DNA of 64,000 bases, taken from Kiritimatiellia bacterium (GTDB taxonomy: Bacteria > Verrucomicrobiota > Kiritimatiellia > RFP12 > UBA1067). The stretch covers positions 2,585-66,584 of the forward strand of contig JBJEWF010000080.1 in assembly GCA_051884915.1 (NCBI GenBank), in the 5' to 3' direction. Numbering within the stretch: position 1 is the stretch's first letter; every line of letters begins with the position of its first letter. The notes beneath the pieces were generated by a model that had not been told where the DNA came from, ran no database searches, and worked only from the letters and a program-made list of their open reading frames with translations. Positions 10,003 through 18,057 of this stretch are shown one piece after another. Position numbers and translations under genes: made by a program.

Positions 10003-10695
10003 TTATTCCTTGCGCGGATCGATGTACTTGGCCGCGCCCTCGAACTGCCCGTAGTGGCCCTTCGCCTTTTCCCAGGCGTCGTTCGGGGACATGCCCTTCT
10101 TGATGAAGTCGGTCATCTTGCCGAGCGAGACGAACTCGTAGCCGACCACTTCACCGTCCGCGTTGAGGGCCATCCGCGTGCAGTAGCCTTCGGTCATTTC
10201 GAGGTAGCGGGGGCCTTTCGCCTTCGTCGCGTACATCGTGCCGACCATCGAGCGCAGCCCCTTGCCGAGGTCTTCGAGGCCCGCGCCGATGACGAGACCG
10301 TCGTCGGAAAACGCGCTCTGCGTGCGGCCGTAGACGATCTGGAGGAAGAGTTCGCGCATCGCCGTGTTGATGGCGTCGCAGACGAGATCCGTGTTGAGCG
10401 CCTCCAGAATCGTCTTGCCCACGAGGATTTCCGACGCCATGGCGGCGGAGTGCGTCATGCCCGAGCAGCCGATCGTCTCGACGAGGGCCTCCTCGATCAC
10501 GCCGTTCTTGACGTTGAGGGACAGCTTGCAGGCGCCCTGCTGCGGCGCGCACCAGCCCACGCCGTGCGTATAGCCGCTGATGTCCTTGATCTGCTTGGCC
10601 TGGACCCACTTTCCTTCTTCGGGAATCGGCGCCGGACCGTGGTTGCACCCCTTTGCCAACGGGCACTGGTGCTCAACTTCGGTGGAGTACTTCAT
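10003..10695 (-). CDS. NifU/IscU-like Fe-S scaffold-domain protein, the usual partner of GGGtGRT proteins
   Basis: 230 aa with ATG 10695. Cys-containing IscU-like N-terminal half (CPLAKGC, GVGWCAPQQGACKLSL, ETIGCSGMTHSAAMASE). Sits 13 nt upstream of the GGGtGRT gene. Confidence 0.75.
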   Translation of the reverse strand: MKYSTEVEHQCPLAKGCNHGPAPIPEEGKWVQAKQIKDISGYTHGVGWCAPQQGACKLSLNVKNGVIEEALVETIGCSGMTHSAAMASEILVGKTILEALNTDLVCDAINTAMRELFLQIVYGRTQSAFSDDGLVIGAGLEDLGKGLRSMVGTMYATKAKGPRYLEMTEGYCTRMALNADGEVVGYEFVSLGKMTDFIKKGMSPNDAWEKAKGHYGQFEGAAKYIDPRKE

Positions 10696-10730
10696 TGGTG
10701 TTCCTTCTACTTTGTGGAAGATAGGGCGAG

Positions 10731-10739
10731 ATTATACCA
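10731..10739 (-). promoter_or_regulatory. Extended -10 promoter TGgTATAAT for the NifU-like/GGGtGRT operon
   Basis: Minus strand reads GAATGGTATAATCTCGCC about 35 nt upstream of ATG 10695, followed by a GAAGGAAC ribosome-binding site. Confidence 0.5.
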
Positions 10740-10873
10740 TTCTCGGAAAAGGGTTTCAAGTGATGGCCGCACGAAAGGCCGGCGCGCCGGAAGCGGCCCG
10801 CGGCATCCGGCCGGCGGATGACGCGATTATACACATCTTCGCCCCTTTCATACAATTCAAGCCTTGTCCCGTA

Positions 10874-10882
10874 TGCGATAAT
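10874..10882 (+). promoter_or_regulatory. Extended -10 promoter TGcGATAAT for the exported-oxidoreductase operon
   Basis: GTATGCGATAAT ends 7 nt before the in-frame ATG at 10890. It lies in an AT-richer 194-bp divergent intergenic region. Confidence 0.5.
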
Positions 10883-10889
10883 GGCCCGC

Positions 10890-12344
10890 ATGCGGAGTCA
10901 GAATCGTATGAACATCTCAAGACGGAGCTTTCTGGCCGCCGGGGCGGCTTTCGGCATCGGCGGGGGCGCCTTCGGGCGGAGCCGCGCGCGGCAGATCGCC
11001 GCCGGGGCGAAGATCCGCGTGGCGATCGTCGGCTGCGGCGGGCGCATGCAGCAGCTGGTCGAACCCATCATGGCGGAGCGGGTGGTCGCCCTCGTGGACC
11101 CCGATCCCCGGATGCGCGCCGCCATCCTGGCGCGGATGCGGAAGAGTCCGCACGCGGGGGATCTCTCCGGGATCCGCCAGTTCAGCGACTACCGCGAACT
11201 CTACGCGAAGATGGGGGACGCGCTCGACGCCGTCTTCATCGGGACCCCGAACCACCACCACGCGCTGGCCGCCGTGCTCGCGATGCGCCGGGGCATCCAC
11301 GTCTTCGTCGAAAAGCCCATGGCGTCCACGGTGCAGGAGGCGCAGCTGATGGGGCGCGTCGCGAAGGAGACGGGCGTCGTGACCCAGGTGGGCAATTTCG
11401 GGCACTCCACCAGGGCGATGCGCCTGTGCGTGGATTCCATCCGGAGCGGCCTCATCGGCGAGATCCGCGACGTGTGGTGCTACGACGACCGCCTCAACTC
11501 GATGATGTACCGTCCCGCGGCCGCGCCGCCGCCCGCGGGCATGGACTGGGACAGCTGGTGCGGCCCGGCGCCGGTGTGCGACTACTACGCGCCGACGGAA
11601 GACCACCAGGGCCTCCACCCGCACGACTGGCACAGCTGGATCGGCTACGGCAACGGGTCCATCGGCAACATGGGCACGCACATCATGGACGCCGCGTTCT
11701 GGGCGCTCGACCTCGGCAAGGTCGCGCCCGCGACCGTCACCACGCGCGAGGCGGAATTCGCCTGCCCCGGGGCCTGGGCCTGGCGCGACACCATCGACTT
11801 CGCGTTCCCCGCCCGCGGCGACCTGTGTCCCGTCACGCTCCACTGGTATGACGGCGTCTGCCCGGGCATCCCGTACGACAAGGCGCACGTCGACCGGTTC
11901 GGCCACGCCCTGAAGCGCGAGTGGCTGAACCTGCCGCCCGTCCTGCTCGAAACGGAAAGGAAGTGGGGCATCGCCGACAAGGCCCCGTTCCTCAACATGG
12001 GCACGCTCTTCTGCGGCACGAAGGGGACGATCTGGTTCAGCCACCACAGCGCCATCCGCTTCTTCCCGAAGACGCTGGGCCGGGACATCGGGAAACCGAA
12101 GAACTTCACCTACAAGACGACCGAGCACACGCACGAGTTCTACGCGGCGATCCGCGAGGGGCGCCCGGCGAACACCGGCTTCGACTACTCCGTTCCGCTG
12201 GCGGAGACGCTGCTCCTCGCGAACGTCGCCGCCCGCGCGGGCAAGGGCGCCGTGCTGAAGTGGGACGGCCGGCGGATCCTCAACGACGCGCGCGCGAACG
12301 GATTCCTGAAGCGGGACTACCGCCCGGGATGGGAGCTGGCCTGA
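10890..12344 (+). CDS. Tat-exported Gfo/Idh/MocA-family oxidoreductase, paralogue 1 (possibly a GH109-like NAD-dependent glycosidase)
   Basis: Twin-arginine signal MNISRRSFLAAGAAFG and Rossmann motif IRVAIVGCGGRM. The start is ambiguous: ATG 10881, 10890 (fits a leaderless start) or 10908. The stop at 12342-12344 is firm. Confidence 0.85.
   Translation: MRSQNRMNISRRSFLAAGAAFGIGGGAFGRSRARQIAAGAKIRVAIVGCGGRMQQLVEPIMAERVVALVDPDPRMRAAILARMRKSPHAGDLSGIRQFSDYRELYAKMGDALDAVFIGTPNHHHALAAVLAMRRGIHVFVEKPMASTVQEAQLMGRVAKETGVVTQVGNFGHSTRAMRLCVDSIRSGLIGEIRDVWCYDDRLNSMMYRPAAAPPPAGMDWDSWCGPAPVCDYYAPTEDHQGLHPHDWHSWIGYGNGSIGNMGTHIMDAAFWALDLGKVAPATVTTREAEFACPGAWAWRDTIDFAFPARGDLCPVTLHWYDGVCPGIPYDKAHVDRFGHALKREWLNLPPVLLETERKWGIADKAPFLNMGTLFCGTKGTIWFSHHSAIRFFPKTLGRDIGKPKNFTYKTTEHTHEFYAAIREGRPANTGFDYSVPLAETLLLANVAARAGKGAVLKWDGRRILNDARANGFLKRDYRPGWELA
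11619..11656 (+). repeat. Exact 38-nt DNA identity with 13061-13098 inside the two tandem paralogues
   Basis: CCGCACGACTGGCACAGCTGGATCGGCTACGGCAACGG occurs in both genes. Further exact matches: 11556-11589 = 12998-13031 (34 nt) and 11662-11692 = 13104-13134 (31 nt). Confidence 0.9.
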
Positions 12345-13783
12345 TGGTTTCGCGGCGACGTTTCCTGGCCGCCGGGGCGGCGTTCGGCCTTGGCGGGGTC
12401 GCCTTCGGGCGGAGCCGCGCGCGGCAGCTCGCGGCGGGCGCGAAGATCCGGCTTGCGCTCATCGGCTGCGGCAACCAGATGACGGGCCTCATCTGCCGCA
12501 TGGGCGGCGACCGGAACGTCGAGATCGTCGCGATGTGCGATCCCTACGACGTCCAGTTCGACCGGGTGAAGCGGGCCGCCGTGAAGTTCCACGGCTCCTT
12601 CGACTTCTCGAAGACGCGCCTGTTCGCCGACTATCGCGACATGTACGCGGCCTGCGGCGACGAGCTGGACGCCGTTTTCGTGGCGACGCCGAACCACCAC
12701 CACTGCCTGCCCCTGCTCCTGGCCATCCGCCGCGGCATCCACGTCTACGCGGAGAAGCCGCTCGCGCTGACGATGGAGGAGGTCGATCTGCTGGCGCGCG
12801 AAGCGGAGAGGCACGGCGTGATCACGCAGGTCGGCAACTACGGGCACTCCACGACGGCGATGAAACTGTGCGTGGACGCCGTGGCGAAAGGCGTCATCGG
12901 CGACGTGACCGAGGTCTGGAGCTATTCGGACCGCGTGAACACGATGCTGGCGCGTCCGCCCAAGGCCGACCCGCCCCGGGGCATGGACTGGGAGATTTGG
13001 TGCGGCCCGGCGCCGGTGTGCGACTACTACGGCCCGCAAAACGGCCGCCCCGGCCTCCATCCGCACGACTGGCACAGCTGGATCGGCTACGGCAACGGCT
13101 CCCTCGGCAACATGGGCACGCACATCATGGACGCGCCCTTCTGGGCGCTCGATCTGGGGAAGGTCGTGCCGGACCGGGTGGACGTGACGGACGTCGCCTG
13201 GGGCTGCCCCGGCGCCTGGGCGAAGCGCGACTCGATCGACTTCCACTTCCCCGCGCGGGGAAATCTGCCGCCCGTCACGCTCCACTGGCGCGACGGCATG
13301 AACGGCGACCTGCCGATGGACGCGGAGCACTTCGGCCCGTTCATCAACGAGGGCAGGAAGCGCGAATACCTCAACTTCCCGCCGGAGCTGGTCGCGTTCG
13401 AGCGGAAATGGAACCTCGCCAAGGCGCCGCTCGCGCCCATGGGTTCGGTGTTCATCGGCACGAAGGGGGCGATCTGGCATTGCTTCCACAGTTCGCTGCG
13501 CTTCTTCCCGAAGACGCTCGGCCGGGAGATCCGCCGGAACAAGGTCGGCTACCAGGCGGAGGAGCACGTGATGGAGTTCCTGAACGCGATCCGCGAACAC
13601 CGCGAGGCGAACACGAACTTCGGCTATTCGGTGCCGCTCGCCCGCGTGCTGATGCTCGGCAACGCCACGGCGCGCGCCGGCAAGGGCGCGTACCGGTGGA
13701 ACGGCACGGCGTTCACGAACAGCGAGGCGGCGAACGGTTTTCTGAAAACGGACTACCGCCCGGGCTGGAGCGTGAGAGACTGA
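12344..13783 (+). CDS. Tat-exported Gfo/Idh/MocA-family oxidoreductase, paralogue 2
   Basis: ATG 12344 overlaps the upstream stop (TGATG). MVSRRRFLAAGAAFGLGG Tat signal and IRLALIGCGNQM. Aligns end to end with paralogue 1. Confidence 0.88.
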   Translation: MVSRRRFLAAGAAFGLGGVAFGRSRARQLAAGAKIRLALIGCGNQMTGLICRMGGDRNVEIVAMCDPYDVQFDRVKRAAVKFHGSFDFSKTRLFADYRDMYAACGDELDAVFVATPNHHHCLPLLLAIRRGIHVYAEKPLALTMEEVDLLAREAERHGVITQVGNYGHSTTAMKLCVDAVAKGVIGDVTEVWSYSDRVNTMLARPPKADPPRGMDWEIWCGPAPVCDYYGPQNGRPGLHPHDWHSWIGYGNGSLGNMGTHIMDAPFWALDLGKVVPDRVDVTDVAWGCPGAWAKRDSIDFHFPARGNLPPVTLHWRDGMNGDLPMDAEHFGPFINEGRKREYLNFPPELVAFERKWNLAKAPLAPMGSVFIGTKGAIWHCFHSSLRFFPKTLGREIRRNKVGYQAEEHVMEFLNAIREHREANTNFGYSVPLARVLMLGNATARAGKGAYRWNGTAFTNSEAANGFLKTDYRPGWSVRD

Positions 13784-13793
13784 AAGGGACGGC

Positions 13794-15020
13794 ATGAGGA
13801 AAACGGGACATGGAGTCTTCTGGGCGGCCGGCATCCTGGGCGCGCTGGCGGCGGCCGCGGCGCCGGCGGAAAGCGGCGCCGCATACCGGCCGCCGGATTC
13901 GGGGCTGTCCGTCGCGGAGGCGCTGCGGGGCCCCGCCTGGCGACCGACCCCGAACCGGAAGATCCGCGCGGTGCTGTGGGGCATCGTCCACAACCACGCG
14001 CGCGGCAAATTCGACGCGATGCGGAAGCTCAAGGACGACTATGAAATCGTCGGCTGGGTCGACGATTCGTCCTCGCCGGCCATGCGCATGGCGGAACCGC
14101 AGGTCGGCGCCTACACCAACTACCCGCGCTGCACGCCGCAGCAGGTCTTCGACGCGGTGAAGCCCGACCTGATCGTCGTGGAGGTTTCGAATTCCGAACT
14201 GGCGGACGTCGCGCTCGAATGCGCCAAGCGCGGCTACCCCATGCACATGGACAAGCCGCTGGGCACGGCGCTGGAGGCGTTCAAGCCGATCAGCGACATC
14301 TGCCGCGCCCGCAACATCCCCCTTCAGACCGGGTACATGTTCCGCGCCAACGAGGCGATCCAGTTCGTCGTGAAGTCGGCGCGCGACGGGCTGATCGGCG
14401 ACGTGTTCGCGATCGACGCGGACCTGAACCACTCGTACGGCGGCGCGAAGTATCCCGCCTACGCCTCCGCCTATCCGGGCGGCACGGTCTACCTGCTCGC
14501 GTGCCACGTGATCGAATATGCGCTGCCGCTCATGCGCGACGTCATGCCGGACGCGTGCTACTCGATCGTCAAGCCGGCGCCGGGCGATCCCGAAGGCACG
14601 CCGAACAACACGCTCACCATCATGGAGTGGCCGCGCTGCCTGGCGACGATTCGCGTCTGCAGCCGCGGCACCCAGCCACGCCGGCATTTGCGCGTCGACG
14701 GCACGGACGGCACCCTCGAAATCGTGCCGATCGAAGATTTCTCGAAGGTGAAGCACGACCTGGGCGGCGTCAAGGCCGAAGCGATGACGGATCTCGTCGT
14801 CAGGCTCTACCTCAAGAAAGACAAGCCCGGCTACAAAAAGGGCCGCCACGAGATCCGGTTCGCGTCCGCGTCCGACCGCTACGCGGGCCAGCTCAGGGAA
14901 CTGGCGCAGATCCTCCGCGGGGAGAAGCCGAACCCGGTCGGGCTCTACGACCACGACCTGCGCGTGCACAGGGTTTCGCTGCAGGCGTGCAACATCGCGG
15001 AAACGGCAGGCGGGAAATGA
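13794..15020 (+). CDS. Secreted Gfo/Idh/MocA-family oxidoreductase (third, divergent member)
   Basis: 408 aa with ATG 13794, 10 nt after the previous stop. Sec-type signal GILGALAAAAAPAES. Dinucleotide-binding start IRAVLWGIVHNHA and an EKP-like MDKPLG block. Confidence 0.75.
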   Translation: MRKTGHGVFWAAGILGALAAAAAPAESGAAYRPPDSGLSVAEALRGPAWRPTPNRKIRAVLWGIVHNHARGKFDAMRKLKDDYEIVGWVDDSSSPAMRMAEPQVGAYTNYPRCTPQQVFDAVKPDLIVVEVSNSELADVALECAKRGYPMHMDKPLGTALEAFKPISDICRARNIPLQTGYMFRANEAIQFVVKSARDGLIGDVFAIDADLNHSYGGAKYPAYASAYPGGTVYLLACHVIEYALPLMRDVMPDACYSIVKPAPGDPEGTPNNTLTIMEWPRCLATIRVCSRGTQPRRHLRVDGTDGTLEIVPIEDFSKVKHDLGGVKAEAMTDLVVRLYLKKDKPGYKKGRHEIRFASASDRYAGQLRELAQILRGEKPNPVGLYDHDLRVHRVSLQACNIAETAGGK

Positions 15021-15054
15021 CCGGGCGCATTCCGCCATCCTCGGGCGCGCAGAC

Positions 15055-15903
15055 ATGAACCGGATCGTCGCGGGGACGATTCTGCTGGCGGCGGCCGCAT
15101 GGGGCGGCGTGGCGGATCCCCTCTACGTGAATTTCAATCCCAGCTGGCGGACGGGCTACCACGCGCGGGCCCGGCTGATCGAGGACCGTCCGATGTTCAC
15201 GACGCTGACGCGGGCGGGGTTCGACTCGACGGCGCACGGGAATTTCGGCAAGCTGGGATTCTGGCATTGGAACGTCTCGTCGCTGAGCGGCCGGCGCGAC
15301 AACATCCATCGCCGCGCGCTCAACGAGATGGACTACGGGGCCTTCTGGACGTACGTCTGGGACTTCGGGCAATACGGCGACGGCTGGACGGGGTGGCGTC
15401 TCACCTCCGACTTCATCAAGGACTGGATCACGCTGGAGGGCTACACGCACCCCTACCGGGAAAGCCGGGCCAACGCCTCCATCAACGAGTGGCGCTGGGG
15501 GCAGACGCTCGACACCCCCTACGCGAGCCCCTTCTATCTGCTGCGGCGCAGCTCCCATCCCACCGAATGGTTCTACGCGCGCGTCGGCGTCCGCCGCGCG
15601 TTCGCCCTGACGGACGCCATCGCCTTCACGCCCGAGCTCTTCGCCGAAAACGGCAATGAATTCCTCTTCGAGCGGCGCTACGGCGCCAAGCCGAACGGCG
15701 GCCACTACCACGGGGGGCTGATGGCGCTCAACCTCGTGCTGGAGCTGTCCTGGCGGGTTTCCGAGGAAATGATGCTCTACGCCAACGTCCACCAGTTCGA
15801 CGTCACCAACGACGACGCCCGCGAACGCATCAAGGCGCGCAAGGTGGCGTCCGCCAAACGCGACTGCACGATCGGCACCGTGGGCGTCCGCTTCCGGTTC
15901 TAG
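15055..15903 (+). CDS. Probable outer-membrane beta-barrel protein (porin-like, unassigned family)
   Basis: 282 aa. Signal peptide MNRIVAGTILLAAAAWGG, aromatic-rich alternating segments, and a C-terminal VGVRFRF ending in Phe, which is typical of an OMP sorting signal. Last gene of the oxidoreductase operon. Confidence 0.5.
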   Translation: MNRIVAGTILLAAAAWGGVADPLYVNFNPSWRTGYHARARLIEDRPMFTTLTRAGFDSTAHGNFGKLGFWHWNVSSLSGRRDNIHRRALNEMDYGAFWTYVWDFGQYGDGWTGWRLTSDFIKDWITLEGYTHPYRESRANASINEWRWGQTLDTPYASPFYLLRRSSHPTEWFYARVGVRRAFALTDAIAFTPELFAENGNEFLFERRYGAKPNGGHYHGGLMALNLVLELSWRVSEEMMLYANVHQFDVTNDDARERIKARKVASAKRDCTIGTVGVRFRF

Positions 15904-15921
15904 ACGGTCCCGGCGGAGGGG

Positions 15922-16995
15922 TCAGACGAGTTCCGCGAGGACGGCGTCGCAGACGTCGAGGCCGCGCGGGGTCAGGGCGTAGACGCCGGGCCGAAGCGGG
16001 CGGACGAGGCCCGGACCGGCCAGGGCGTCGAGAACGGAACGCCAGCTCGCGGCCCGGACCGCCAGAACGGGCCAGCGCCGGACCGCCGACGCCAGGTCCA
16101 GGCCCTCCCGGGGCAGGCGCAAAGCGAACAGCGCGCGCTCCAGCGCGTCGGCCTCTTCCGAGAGCGTCTCCGTACGGTAGGCGCCCTGCTCGCCGACGGT
16201 CCGGATCCGGTTCTCGCGGCCATGGGCGCCGTCGCCGAGACCGAGATAGTCCGCGCCGCGCCACACGGCCAGATTGTGCCGGCACTCGAAGCCGGGACGC
16301 GCGGCGTTCGAGATTTCGTAGCGCGCCAGCCCCGCCGCGCGCAGGGCCGCCAGGGCCGTGTCCATCTGCGCCAGGACGCTGCCGTCGTCCGGCAGCGTCC
16401 ATTCGCCGCGCCGGACCATCAGGTCGAGCCGCGTCCGGGGTTCGCGCATCAGCGCGTAGACGCTGCAGTGGTCCGGCGCCAGCGCCGTCGCGCGGGCCAG
16501 GGTCCGCCGCCAGGACGCGTCGTCCGCGCCCGGCAATCCGGCAATCAGGTCGAGGCCCGCATTGCCGAAGCCGGCCGCCCGGATCGTCCGGAAAGCGGCC
16601 TCCGCCTCCGCGGCCGAATGGCCCCGCCGCATGGCGCGCAGGACCGCATCGTCGAGGCTCTGGACGCCCAGCGAGACGCGGTTCACGCCGCCCGCCAGGA
16701 GTTCGTCCAGCAGCGGCCGCGCCACATCCAACGGGTGAAGCTCGACCGTCCATTCGGCGCCGGCGGCGAGCCGCGGCCGCAGAACGTCCAGCAGCGGCTT
16801 CAGGCCGCAGAGCGCCGGCGTGCCCCCGCCAAAGTAGACCGTGTCCAGACTTGCCGGCGGAACGCGGGCGACGATTTCGCCGGCGAGGCGCGAAACGTAC
16901 GCGGAACGGGCCGCCGCCGTCGATCCCGCGCGCGAAGGGAGCGCGCAGTAGGCGCATTTGGCGCGGCAGAACGGGAAATGGACGTAGAGGTTCAC
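15922..16995 (-). CDS. hemW: Radical SAM heme chaperone HemW (HemN-like, oxygen-independent coproporphyrinogen oxidase family)
   Basis: Track ORF trimmed to GTG 16995 (VNLYVHFPFCRAKCAYC, a CxxxCxxC motif right at the N-terminus). The GTG overlaps the upstream stop as GTGA. Confidence 0.8.
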   Translation of the reverse strand: MNLYVHFPFCRAKCAYCALPSRAGSTAAARSAYVSRLAGEIVARVPPASLDTVYFGGGTPALCGLKPLLDVLRPRLAAGAEWTVELHPLDVARPLLDELLAGGVNRVSLGVQSLDDAVLRAMRRGHSAAEAEAAFRTIRAAGFGNAGLDLIAGLPGADDASWRRTLARATALAPDHCSVYALMREPRTRLDLMVRRGEWTLPDDGSVLAQMDTALAALRAAGLARYEISNAARPGFECRHNLAVWRGADYLGLGDGAHGRENRIRTVGEQGAYRTETLSEEADALERALFALRLPREGLDLASAVRRWPVLAVRAASWRSVLDALAGPGLVRPLRPGVYALTPRGLDVCDAVLAELV

Positions 16996-17696
16996 GCCGC
17001 CGCCCCGCGCAGGGCCTCCACCAGCCAGATCGCGATCCGGCCGACCGACGCGTAGCAGACGACCGCGGTGCGCCACAGCAGGTCGCCAAGGGACCGCAAC
17101 GTCAGGGGCGACAGGACGACCAGGCCGAGGAGGAGTCCCGCGCAATTCGCGATCCAGATGAACGACCAGGAGAACAGCCGGCCGTATTCCGCGACGTCGG
17201 GCTGTTCGCGGGAGAGCGCCCGGACCGTGAAGGCCGCGTGGAAGGCCCACGTCAGGCCGATGGCGAACAGCCAGGCGTTGGGACACGGGAGCGGCGCGAC
17301 GAACAGCCGGACGACGCCGGCCGCGAGAATCAGCGCGAACGTGTAGAACGGAAAGAAATAGGGCGCGAGCGTGATCCAGACGTTCGACTTCGACACGGCC
17401 AGCTCCCCGCCCCCCGCGCCGACTTTCAGGCCCGAGACTTTCGCGCCAAAACCAAGCGCCCAGACGGCGTGCGTCAGCTCATGGCCCAGGACGTAGGCGC
17501 GCGCGACAAACGGCAGACAGGCCGCGAGCGGGAAGAAGGCCAGAAATCCGCCCGCCAGCCAGAAGCCGCCTTCGGGAACGCCCGTGCCGGCGAACACGCC
17601 CTGGCCGGAAAAGACGACGAGATAGAGAACGCGCGGCAGCGCGACACACAGCGGAAGGCACGCGAGAGCCAGAAGAAAACGCGACACGCCCGCCAT
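16992..17696 (-). CDS. Polytopic membrane protein with HExxH motif (putative intramembrane zinc metalloprotease, M50/DUF3267-like)
   Basis: 234 aa from ATG 17696 (the track start 17708 is a TTG). Motif GHELTHAVWALGFG lies within hydrophobic helices. Confidence 0.6.
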   Translation of the reverse strand: MAGVSRFLLALACLPLCVALPRVLYLVVFSGQGVFAGTGVPEGGFWLAGGFLAFFPLAACLPFVARAYVLGHELTHAVWALGFGAKVSGLKVGAGGGELAVSKSNVWITLAPYFFPFYTFALILAAGVVRLFVAPLPCPNAWLFAIGLTWAFHAAFTVRALSREQPDVAEYGRLFSWSFIWIANCAGLLLGLVVLSPLTLRSLGDLLWRTAVVCYASVGRIAIWLVEALRGAAA

Positions 17697-17708
17697 GGCT
17701 CCAGGCAA

Positions 17709-17993
17709 TCAGTGGTCGAAGACGAAAACGAGCTCGCCGGGGTACAGCAGGCGATTGGCCCGGGCGAGGGATTCGACGAACTCCGGATCGGTGTTGAACC
17801 GGCGCTGCTTCTCGCGGACGGCGGCGATTTCGAGTTTCTTGTCCTCGATCCGCTGCAGGTGGCGGGTCTTCTCCGCCATGAGCCGGTTCATCTGGCGATA
17901 CTTCGGGAACGACACGGAAAAGCCGAACACGACAATCCCGACGAAAATCGCGAAATAGGTGAACTGGAAGATTCTGGAAAACAGCATGCCCAT
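17709..17993 (-). CDS. ftsB: Septum formation initiator FtsB/DivIC-family protein
   Basis: 94 aa: one N-terminal TM helix (FTYFAIFVGIVVFGF), then a coiled coil (RLMAEKTRHLQRIEDKKLEIAAVREKQ), then DPEFVESLARANRL. Confidence 0.75.
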   Translation of the reverse strand: MGMLFSRIFQFTYFAIFVGIVVFGFSVSFPKYRQMNRLMAEKTRHLQRIEDKKLEIAAVREKQRRFNTDPEFVESLARANRLLYPGELVFVFDH

Positions 17994-18004
17994 CGACGGT
18001 GGCC

Positions 18005-18034
18005 ATTTTATGATTATTTGGCCCCCACTGTCAA
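18005..18034 (-). promoter_or_regulatory. Sigma70-like promoter for ftsB: -35 TTGACA, 18-nt spacer, -10 TAAAAT
   Basis: Minus strand reads CCCTTGACAGTGGGGGCCAAATAATCATAAAATGGCC. The -10 ends 11 nt before ATG 17993, so the leader is very short or absent. Confidence 0.55.
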
Positions 18035-18042
18035 GGGCGTTT

Positions 18043-18051
18043 TGCTATAAT
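18043..18051 (+). promoter_or_regulatory. Extended -10 promoter TGcTATAAT for the lipoprotein/hisC/paaK/thrC gene string
   Basis: TTTGCTATAAT ends 6 nt before GTG 18058, the last possible in-frame start ahead of the lipobox. Confidence 0.5.
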
Positions 18052-18057
18052 TTTCCC

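Noticed and set aside
10779-10790. Perfect 12-nt palindrome CCGGCGCGCCGG in the divergent intergenic region
   Set aside because: It is made only of G and C in a GC-rich genome, so it is likely chance. No second copy or half-site pattern is nearby.
17959-18057. Longer version of the lipoprotein A ORF starting at GTG 17959 or ATG 17986
   Set aside because: It would overlap the ftsB coding start and its promoter on the other strand. The added residues lack signal-peptide character.
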